64,000 nt of DNA from Klebsormidium nitens (GCA_000708835.1 DF237123.1:1-64000), one strand, 5' to 3'; shown: positions 1-9,050, counted from the stretch's first letter. Notes: a model not told the origin generated them from the sequence alone. Numbers and translations are program-made.

Positions 1-1
1 A

Positions 2-1387
2 TCCCCGCGAGGGGCTCGGAAAGCTAGCGCCGTTACAGTAACTACACTGCACACTGCTCCAGAATATCAAAGACTCGCACTTTCAAAAGACGAACTCGCA
101 ACTCAACTTATAGACCAGATTTCCGGACTGGTCCATCACACACACCTCCACATGCTCTTCCAGAATGAAACGGCTGAACTCCCTTACTTCTACACCCTCC
201 CCAAACCTCATAAGACACCTATCGGATGGAGACCAGTTGCAGCCACGCATCGCTCCGTTCTCAGCTTGCCACAGCGACTCCTAACTCAAGCCCTTCACTT
301 AGTTATGCAAACTCTACGAGACTTTCATGCTGAAGAATTCAGAACGACTAAGATCCGTAAGTACTGGATCGTCGAAAACAGCTTAGACATCATCCTTTCA
401 CTCCCCGAAAATCTGGTCCACATGGTCTCATCAGATATCGAATCGATGTATCAAAAAATGGACCAGGCGAACGTAATAAACCAACTTCGAACTGAGGTTA
501 ACAGGGCTGCCTCGATTGCTGGCGCTGATTCTTTCTTTCTTGCTATCGGCAACACCAGCCTTGGCAACAGCATAGACAACGGATCTTGGTTTGATTGCAC
601 ATCAGGCCTCGACCCACTCACTAAAACTCTTCCCAGTGAAAAAGAATACTGCAGCAAAGGCGCAGTATATCCTATCCAAAATATCCTCAACATTTTAGAA
701 TTCCTAGTTAAGAACTCCTACGTGTCTCTAGGGACTGCAATCTTTCATCAGATCAACGGAATTCCGCAAGGAGGTCACTCCAGTGGCTTCCTCGCCAATC
801 TGACGTGCCACTCACATGAACGTCAGTGGGTAGAAAAATTTCCTTGGCACTCGCTTCAATACCTTATCTTCCGTTACATGGATGATTTTGGTATCACAAA
901 TGCAGAATATTTCCAAGATATGTACCGCGACATATATCCAGAAAGCACGGGTATCAAACTCATCCCAAATAAAGTTAAACCTCATCCTGAACGCCTTGTA
1001 CAGTGTAAACTTCTTGATACACTGATCTTCGTGGATCTTAACGGTAAAGTCCACGTCACTTTACACGACAAACGAGCTGATTATGACTTCTTCGTTAACC
1101 GATTTCCAGATATTGCATCAACTGCTTCCCTGCAACAGTCCATTTCTTCTTTTTACGGAGAGATCGTCAGGCTGTTTAGACTGAACACACACTTTGACGG
1201 CTTCTTTGACAATGTTGCTGACGTGGCAGCATACTTAATTCGCTCTAAAGGCTACCCTCAGAACGAATTACTCTCCACTTTCTCTAAATTTCTTGACACC
1301 CAAGTCTTCAATCCGAGACTCATGGGTAACAAGAAGGACTTGGAGCTCATCCTTCGTTACAACTTGAATCAAAAACTCAAAACCTGA
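2..1387 (+). CDS. Penelope-like element reverse transcriptase (5'-partial; frame open from base 2)
   Basis: LPYFYTLPKPHK...WRPV (RT1/2), SSDIESMY (motif A), long A-to-B' insertion, GIPQGGHSSGFLANL (B'), FRYMDDF (C), KLLD, and thumb LHDKRADYDF..RFP...SFYGEIVRLFR typical of PLE RTs. No C-terminal GIY-YIG domain. Confidence 0.9.
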   Translation, partial: SPRGARKASAVTVTTLHTAPEYQRLALSKDELATQLIDQISGLVHHTHLHMLFQNETAELPYFYTLPKPHKTPIGWRPVAATHRSVLSLPQRLLTQALHLVMQTLRDFHAEEFRTTKIRKYWIVENSLDIILSLPENLVHMVSSDIESMYQKMDQANVINQLRTEVNRAASIAGADSFFLAIGNTSLGNSIDNGSWFDCTSGLDPLTKTLPSEKEYCSKGAVYPIQNILNILEFLVKNSYVSLGTAIFHQINGIPQGGHSSGFLANLTCHSHERQWVEKFPWHSLQYLIFRYMDDFGITNAEYFQDMYRDIYPESTGIKLIPNKVKPHPERLVQCKLLDTLIFVDLNGKVHVTLHDKRADYDFFVNRFPDIASTASLQQSISSFYGEIVRLFRLNTHFDGFFDNVADVAAYLIRSKGYPQNELLSTFSKFLDTQVFNPRLMGNKKDLELILRYNLNQKLKT

Positions 1388-1417
1388 GTTTCCAATCCTC
1401 TATTTCACACAGGAACG

Positions 1418-4183
1418 ATGTTTCCCTACCCATACGCGCCCCCCGGTTATACGGTGATGACGTCAGCCATCCAACCACAACCCCTGCAGCAACCCGTCCA
1501 ACCTCCCTCAGCTCCGCCGCAACCGCCGCCCCAGTTCGTCTACGCTCAGCCGGTCCCAGCTCCCACCGTCCCGACACAGAATCCCGTCCAGACACTTCCC
1601 CCTCCCCCAGCCCCAATGCCCCCTCCTCAACCATTCTACCCCGTGACGCAATATTCTGCGCCTCAACCACAGGGGTACCCTAACCAAACTCCGGCTCAAC
1701 CAAACCCACCTCCCCAGCAGACATACACTCCACCCAATCCCCCGACCTACCACCAGAACCCCCCGCCTCCTGCTCAGTCCTACCCGCCTGCTCAGCCTAA
1801 CCCCCGCCCCGTGATTCACCATAGCCAACCTGTAAACCCCTCCAACGGTGGTTATCACAGACCCGGTCCGGGGTGGGAACCAGAACAGCAGAGGCAATGG
1901 GGTCATGATGCAGGATGGGAACGCGGACACGGAACGGGCAACAACGGAACCGGAACACAGGAATGGAACCGGAATACCCAGCCCCCAAACCCTCGAATTG
2001 AACTGTACCCGATGCAAACCCAGCACCGCACAGACTTCCCACCCCTAGCTCCACCGACGTCACGCCCTACGTATGCGCAACAGTTCCAACCTGCGCAACG
2101 GAACGATCAGTGGAACACGCGACGGACTCCTCCCAACGAGCCAGTAAACCCCCGCCCAGACGGTCCCCCGGGTGGTCCAGTGCGAAACCACCCACGTCAG
2201 CAGAATCCACGTGGCAGCACAACGCGCCCACAGAATAACCCGCCCTATGAAAAACCCGCAGCCAAACCCACCGTGTATAGGCAGTCGGTGATGCCGTACT
2301 TCACGACGGTTCAAGGGGAATTCACACAACTCTGCGTCAACACCGCCCAGGAGAAACCCTGCCCCGAACCCGGATGCAAATTCTCCCACGTGCCCAAAAC
2401 GGAAAGACCCTGCCCGGCCTTCCACACCCCAAAAGAGAAATGCCCATTCGACACACGCTGCCTACTCGGCCACGCAGAGGCCCGGGAAGCCGTTCGTCAA
2501 TCCAAGGCGTTCGCGCGTCACAAAGAGTGGCAGACACAAGTGAAGACCAATCCCGGAACCTACGGCGAAACCGACGCTGCAGAGTCTGGCACCGAAAAAA
2601 CCAACCCCCCCAAACCCATGGTCCCCGCGGAAGCAGTCAACACCGCTCCAGATAACACCCCGATTCCGACAACTCAGCAGATTCCGGCAGTCATGGTCAC
2701 ACCGGCTGCCGCAACCACCCCAGCAAACCCGGTTAACGCAACCCACGGGAAACCCTCCCAGGCAGAACCCACCCCCGGTACAGCCCCCCCGGTTAACTTC
2801 CAAGCCCTCGTTCAAGAAAACTCCCGACAAGGCCAAGAGGATGAGATGCGCCGCCTCGCCCTCCTCACCCAAGGCCTGCAGACCGACATGGAGAAGCTCA
2901 AGCAAACCCAGCAGGAGAAAGATAACCAGATGCGCTCGCTGCAGACGGCCATGGGGACGCTCCAGGCGGAGAACCAGACGCTGCAAGAGGAAAACGAACG
3001 TAAACTATCGCTTCTCGACTCTTCTTATCAAACGATCTTTGCTCGCTCGTCAAAAGCACGCCTGCTTTTAGACTTGAATATATCCGCTCCTTTGGAAACA
3101 GCTTTAGAAGGATTACTTGTCATCATTGCCACAATGTACTGCCGCCCACGTGAACTTGATGGGAATCACAATATGCTTGATCTTTTTGACTCACGACCCA
3201 CCACACGCTTCTCAGATGAAGTGTCGACATTACAATCATTAGGACTTAATCGAAGAAACGACGAACACGCGTTTTTTCTCACGTGCTATATGCGATTCCC
3301 AGTCGACTCCTCTTTTGTGACAAACGGCGTTGTCACACACGCGTCAGCAGTTGTCAGTCTGCCACCTGGAGGCGCCTGCCCACCGCGTGCGTCAGTTCTT
3401 AAAAAAGCTCCAAAACGGTTCAGAAAATTATTCTTCTCCCAATCTGAATCCCGCTTGGTAACTTCCGTGCCAAATTCGGACTTAAATCTCTCACAAACAG
3501 GCGGACTCTCTCAGCGCGAGACTTTACCCCCACAAATCCACCAACTCATCGCGAGGTTTTCTTACCAGGAAACCTACAAAAATCCCAACGTACCACTTAT
3601 ATCCCAGTTTATTCTGTACCAGCAGAACGAGTTACATCAGCTCGACTCATGTTTATTAAGATACCAGTCACCTGTTTACAAATCCTGCCCTCTGAAACTT
3701 CGACAATATAAAAATGGTCGCTCGGAAGTTGTCAAAAATACAGATCATCCCGCTTATGACAAGTGGGAATCTTTAATTAATCGAGTTCATTTTGATCCGG
3801 CTTACGCAACCACTCGGCTGACGTTTGGCTGGAAAGGATTCTATCTTCCTAAAGGCAAAATCTCTAGCCAAAGAGATAAATATGCTTTCTTTACGTTTGC
3901 TTACGTCACTGACCTCTTCCTCGGGGCGCTTCCACTATGGCCCATTGACGCTTCCTCTCAGTTTCAACTAGATCGGAAAGATCCGTTACGAGATTATACA
4001 ATCGATAATGTACGTTGGCTCAGTAAATCCGACAACATGGCTAACAAGCCATCCACTGGGAAACCAACAGGTTCTCAATTTCAAACCACTAAAGACGTCA
4101 TCAGGTTACTTCATTCCTGCGAACGGAATAACCTGATTACGTCCGAAATTCTCGGAGCGCTCACAAAAGGATATGGCACATAA
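1418..4183 (+). CDS. 921-aa ORF: Pro/Gln-rich disordered N-terminus, two CCCH zinc fingers, coiled coil, C-terminal phage-like HNH (His-Me finger) domain
   Basis: Uninterrupted ORF. C-x8-C-x4-C-x3-H and C-x9-C-x5-C-x3-H; heptad-like LTQGLQTDMEKLKQ...LQAENQTLQEENER; HPAYDKWESLINRV...FQLDRKDPLRDYTIDNVRWLSKSDNMANK. Confidence 0.8.
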   Translation: MFPYPYAPPGYTVMTSAIQPQPLQQPVQPPSAPPQPPPQFVYAQPVPAPTVPTQNPVQTLPPPPAPMPPPQPFYPVTQYSAPQPQGYPNQTPAQPNPPPQQTYTPPNPPTYHQNPPPPAQSYPPAQPNPRPVIHHSQPVNPSNGGYHRPGPGWEPEQQRQWGHDAGWERGHGTGNNGTGTQEWNRNTQPPNPRIELYPMQTQHRTDFPPLAPPTSRPTYAQQFQPAQRNDQWNTRRTPPNEPVNPRPDGPPGGPVRNHPRQQNPRGSTTRPQNNPPYEKPAAKPTVYRQSVMPYFTTVQGEFTQLCVNTAQEKPCPEPGCKFSHVPKTERPCPAFHTPKEKCPFDTRCLLGHAEAREAVRQSKAFARHKEWQTQVKTNPGTYGETDAAESGTEKTNPPKPMVPAEAVNTAPDNTPIPTTQQIPAVMVTPAAATTPANPVNATHGKPSQAEPTPGTAPPVNFQALVQENSRQGQEDEMRRLALLTQGLQTDMEKLKQTQQEKDNQMRSLQTAMGTLQAENQTLQEENERKLSLLDSSYQTIFARSSKARLLLDLNISAPLETALEGLLVIIATMYCRPRELDGNHNMLDLFDSRPTTRFSDEVSTLQSLGLNRRNDEHAFFLTCYMRFPVDSSFVTNGVVTHASAVVSLPPGGACPPRASVLKKAPKRFRKLFFSQSESRLVTSVPNSDLNLSQTGGLSQRETLPPQIHQLIARFSYQETYKNPNVPLISQFILYQQNELHQLDSCLLRYQSPVYKSCPLKLRQYKNGRSEVVKNTDHPAYDKWESLINRVHFDPAYATTRLTFGWKGFYLPKGKISSQRDKYAFFTFAYVTDLFLGALPLWPIDASSQFQLDRKDPLRDYTIDNVRWLSKSDNMANKPSTGKPTGSQFQTTKDVIRLLHSCERNNLITSEILGALTKGYGT

Positions 4184-4517
4184 CTTTTCCTCTCTGATGG
4201 GTCCTAAGTTGCATCGCAACAATAGGACGGGTGGTGGCGGGCCATTAGAAACCACATATTTACGTTCGCATTACAAAGTCAAAAAACCAATAATCTTTCA
4301 CTTCTTCTACCACCTCGTGTACTAACATGCACGACTGACAAGTCGAACTCAAAACTCACTGAATTTTCACCTTTAAAATTCAAACGAAAATAAGTGGTTT
4401 CTAATGCAATTCAGAAACCACACCTTCGTTTTGATGCAATAATTCGAGAATTAATTCACACCTGCTTACCTTCAATTGAAGGATACCTGCAGACTTCTCT
4501 ATCTTCTCAATCTTCAG

Positions 4518-4735
4518 GCCTTCAGGCCCTGCTCGCCAAAGCTCCGACAGACGGTGTGAAAACCCCTCAATGCCCTAAGACACGCCAGCACAACAAGAAG
4601 CACTCACAGAACGGGTCCGCCAACACGTCCGCGGCCGCCAACGCGATTTCCAACGCGTCGGCAGCGGACGCGACAACGGCGGCGGCCGCGTCCAACAATG
4701 ACGCGCCAGGTCCAGGTGTATGTTTAAACCCTTGA
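4518..4735 (+). CDS. Probable terminal exon of the spliced isoform of the CCCH/coiled-coil protein (joined to 2999)
   Basis: Pyrimidine tract and CAG at 4515-4517. Phase matches donor C|GTAAAC at 2999/3000, giving EENE-R-LQALLAK. GC rises from ~38% (4441-4500) to ~57-70% (4521-4580, 4621-4680). Confidence 0.55.
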
Positions 4736-5018
4736 TTTCAAACTCCTGGTCACGGAACTTGAAATCGACGGTCAGACCTAGGCCGAACTAATCCGAGTCA
4801 GCTCAACTATGCCACGTCACCTAGTTTCCGTTCAAACTTGACCGCTGCTTGACCTCCGCGAAGACTGACGATGCTTCACGCTTCGTCAAGCATCCATTCT
4901 TTCTGCTTCGCGAGACAGAGCAGAAATGCTTTGCAGTCACACTATCAGCAGTCAAAGCGCAGAGGCGCTTCCTCCTCAAGATTGCTAGCAAAAAGGCACG
5001 AGATAGCGACGCACGACA

Positions 5019-5342
5019 GGGGGCTGGGCCAGAAGTCGACCAGTTCTGAGCTTTCTACGAAGATCTTCCGTATTGGGTTTTCTGACTCTGGCCGCAGCCA
5101 CTGAAGTCTATTTGCAGGTTCAAGACTGACAACCTTTTCTCTCTCGTCATCTCTCAGGTATGACCTCCTATCCCCCAGGCACGAAGATCCTGATTAATGC
5201 GGAAGCTTTGCGGAAAGCGGGAAAACTGATTTGAATCTATGCGTGATGCTAAGCTTGCTTGTGATTCTGATGCATAAGACTAGACTATGCATACATAGGG
5301 TTTGGTTTCTGCCTCTCATGTTTCACTTCTGGCCCAGCCCCC
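5019..5342. mobile_element. MITE-like segment bounded by a perfect 18-bp inverted repeat
   Basis: GGGGGCTGGGCCAGAAGT at 5019-5036 and its exact reverse complement at 5325-5342. No target-site duplication is evident. Confidence 0.4.
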
Positions 5343-8300
5343 AAGTTAGAGTCACCTCATAGATGAACTTTAGGTCCTACAGTAGCGGTGTCGGATTTCC
5401 ACATCCAATCCGGACAATTACAAAGACAGCATTTCTAAATAAGACGGCAGGCCTCAAGTCTTTCATTCATACAGTTCAGATTGTTCATACATGATTGCAT
5501 GGTACATGGGTTTGTCTCAAATTCATCTCATTTTTTGTCAAGATGGGGATAGGATGACGAGAAGGGAAGGGCTGTCAACTCAGTTCCCATTTTGTCCAGT
5601 CACCACCCTACTCTTGCATCATTGCCTTCCTATTGCATGAAGATTCTGAAATATTTGGGGACAGGAAGGCAGAGCGGATCATCTCGTGCCGTATAAATCG
5701 AGAAGATACATGTGTTAGCATTAGATTGGAGTGCTTGCAACATGGATCTAGCTTGTGCTGCTTTATACTCGGAGCTGCCGCCCAATCACAGTCGATCGGG
5801 CAAGTCAGTCCGACTTGCTCCGGAAATCAAGTAACTTCTCTCCGACATTCAATGATTAAATTTCGGAAAAGGGGTCGCCGGGCCGCCGGGCCGCCGCAGG
5901 AGTGCGGCGGGACGGTTGCGGTGACCGTCAAAGAGCGCAGCGGTACCTACCTTCTGCGCCTTCACCAACGTACTTCACTGACTCACTCTTACACATGCTG
6001 CCTAGCAGGTACGTACCGCCGAGCGACACGCCAATATGCATGATGGCGCAACCGTCGCCGTCGCTCGGGGAACAGCCCCTGGCCTAGGTCTGATCTGGAT
6101 TTAGCTGTGACTCGTGTCAATTATTGATTTGGATCCTGTCAACAATAATAGCAAAATTTCAGGCCCCTCTTTCAGGCCCTTTCGGAGCGCCATGATTTTG
6201 GCAGCTCGATTGACAGGGGATTGACAAGGCTGTGACCGACTTGGCATGCATGTTTGAACGTACATATCAGAACCAGACCAAACAGAGCTGCGTTAGACAT
6301 GCATGCAGGGGGGATGCACTCCGAGTCTGCATGGAGGCTGAAGCCTAGGGTAGGTCTTCTGCCAAATTAGGTAGTATTATACCTATGTACATACCTAGTA
6401 CCTATACAGGATACGACGGTGAATTTACCGGTAGTAGGTATGGGTGCATGAGTTCATGACTACCGTAGGCCATAGTAGGGGCAATAATATTTACCTGCCC
6501 TGAAAACCTTTATCCGGAAAGAAACAAGGCACCAGACTTTTCGGCGACTGACTGCTCTCCCCTTCTACGATCACGGCGAGATTAAGGTGGACGATATTAT
6601 GCGGATTTGGCTGGATCTATCACGCAATTGCCACATGGGCACACTAGATTGCGCAAGCCATGACGTCAGGTGAACTTAATGTGTGACACGCATGAGGTCG
6701 CGAATCCCGAATGATGACGTACTCAGGAGATATTTGGAGCACTTTTTGCACTTTTTCGGTCCCCCGGCGAGTGCTCAGAGCACTTTCCCGTGCACATAAG
6801 GCTGTGCCGGAATGCTGGAACCTGCCCGAGCTAGGGCCAAAGCCGAAGAAAACCTCTGGCTCGGCCAACTCTACCGGGTTCAGCGAATCTTACCAGCATG
6901 AGCTGCTTTTGCCAGCAACACGGTACAGGGCGATCACCAATATTCTCGTCAGTACCTCCGCGCTTCATAGACAATGTTCAGAAGAAGCCCGGCGTGGTTA
7001 GCTGATCTCCAAGATACGCCGTACGAAACACCCAGGCTGAGACCGTACCAGACCCGTACCAGATAGCTCCCTGAAAGTTCTGCCTATCTTTGAGCGAAAT
7101 GTAGTGACGAACACTGACGTGTTTGTCCCGAGCTGCCCCGAGCTAAGGTATGTATTAAAACACGTACTACAGATCAGATACGTTGCAGGCTTAATATGGT
7201 TTCAGGCCAGCCACCACTTTTAGGTAAGTGCAGAACAACAGTACTGGTGCACTGATCGTGCAAAGCTGGAGCCCCGCTCAGTGGAGCCTGGGACTTACCT
7301 ACATGCTTGATGCGTGGCCGGACCATCCATTTTCCGAGTGACGCACTCATCACCTCAGATAGACTTCTTTGTCGTGTACATGCTTCTTGTGTAGGTAGAG
7401 CCGTGCTACATCAGTAGTATCACACGTTCTGCTAGTACACGTACTGCTACATACGTTTACACCAGTGGTAGGGTATGTATATATTCGGGTACTGGTATCC
7501 TTTGCAGACTGCCAGTGAAGCGCTACTGATCAGCTCGGGCTACGTAGCCTCTAGCATGGAGTTCTCTCATTGCTGTCTGCAGGAACCTGATTCGAATCGT
7601 TGACGGCGCAGGTGTTACCTGTATTTCCTGTGACCATGACTGGAAGGCTCCTGAAAGCTCCTACCTAATCTGCAAGTGATACTATATCTGAGTCAATTGA
7701 GTCAATCCATCACTGAATGATGCCGAACTAGCAATGGGAGTAATTTCAGCTCTAGTGCACTGCCCCTGTGACCTGTCAGCTTGAATGTCGTGGCTGCACG
7801 CCATATTCACAGCTGCACATCAAATTCACAGCTGCACGTCCAAAAATATGAAGAGATTACATCAGCTTGCTAGCACATTGAGCACTGCGTTACCATCTGT
7901 TTACGCATACGATCTTATGGAGGCGATGCTGCTCTCAAAAATCCTGGATGCATAGCTAAAATTGGAGAGCTTCTGTATCAATGAGGGCGGGTCGATCGGG
8001 CATTGTCCCTTGTCGGAAATATCCTGAGCCGACTGTACAAGATTCATCAACGTACAGATTACTAGTTCATCGAAGGCTGCTCGTATCGTCCTTGCTTGTG
8101 CGGGAGTCACTTGAAACCTACGGGCAAAGTACAGATTCCTTGGAGCTCCGGATTTGATGGCCACCCTTCTCTGGCCGCGAGCTTGAAGTTTTCTCAAGCT
8201 CGTTCGGTTAACCCCGACAGAATCTAGTGCCAGAGTTCTGAGCTTCAATGACTGCCTGCAAAAGCTGGCCGTACCAGACCGAACCGATCTGTCTGGTCGT

Positions 8301-8859
8301 ATGGTAGCTTAAAACGTCAAAGCCTCGATCTCGTGCCTCTCACTGGTTTGCTATGAAGACGGCCAAGCTCGTTGTTTTTAACTTGGCGAAATTCATATCA
8401 CCATTAAGCAGAGTCCACAATCCGGATTCCATTAACGGTCAGCCCTTCCCACTTTACCTCCGTGAAACGTCGAGACGTCAAGTCAGCCGCCGTTCCTCTG
8501 ATAAGCTGCCACGTGTATGATTCCCATCCGATTTGCCTGAGTGCGATAACTAGCATGCCCGTCTCAGAGCACTCAACCTGGATTCAACAAGATGGTCACG
8601 AAAGGGGACACGTCACCAAAACAAAAGCGAACAAGGCTGCCGTTACCGTCAATGGTTGCGCTAGGGAGCGAAATTTCCCGCCAGGCTAGTACGTGACGTT
8701 CAGCCGTGGCTTCAGAACATCTAGGTATACGTCGTCTTCCATTCTTCTGAGCAGCTTCTGTAGACCAGACGTGATTAGTCAAAAGTTTCGATTGAGCGTT
8801 CTTCAGCAAATCACGAGAATGGATTGGCTGACCGATCCGCATCAAACATTCGCAGCGCG

Positions 8860-9050
8860 GATGACGAGAAGAAAACGTCAATTTACCTCGACAGCGTGGC
8901 ATGGCACACATCAACCATGCATCGCGTAGCATCAATGATGAGAAGAGAACGTCAGCTTGAGTTCGACATTGACGCATGCCATACGGCATACCAGGCATCA
9001 CAGAGCATCAATGATGAGAAGAGAACGTCACCTTTAATTTACCTCGACAA
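8860..9050. repeat. Three imperfect dispersed direct repeats
   Basis: gatga(c)gagaaga(a/g)aacgtca three times; agcatcaatgatgagaagagaacgtca twice exactly; aatttacctcgaca twice. Confidence 0.7.

Larger units (their letters stand above)
1..4770 (+). mobile_element. Penelope-like retroelement (Naiad/Chlamys-type RT) with downstream CCCH/coiled-coil/HNH region; 5' end outside window
   Basis: PLE RT motifs, three consecutive ORFs all in one frame (152, 1418, 4394), and a shared A/C-rich sense strand ending near a hairpin at 4734-4766. The right boundary is inferred. Confidence 0.75.

Noticed and set aside
4194-4400. Canonical hammerhead ribozyme (CUGAUG...GAAA...UH)
   Set aside because: The core reads CUGAUGG rather than CUGANGA, GAAA does not follow stem II directly, and no stem I can be formed. 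Kept only as a structured-RNA finding.
3000-4517. Group I or group II self-splicing intron carrying the HNH ORF
   Set aside because: Boundaries fit GT-AG spliceosomal rules; no GUGYG/AY ends or in-frame U|...G| pair, and no recognisable catalytic core.
1-4800. Telomere-associated EN-less (Athena-type) insertion or bacterial retron/group II RT
   Set aside because: No telomeric repeat arrays nearby; RT motifs and thumb are PLE-type and the context is eukaryotic.
8860-9050. CRISPR array
   Set aside because: Only three unequal repeats, no cas genes, eukaryotic context.
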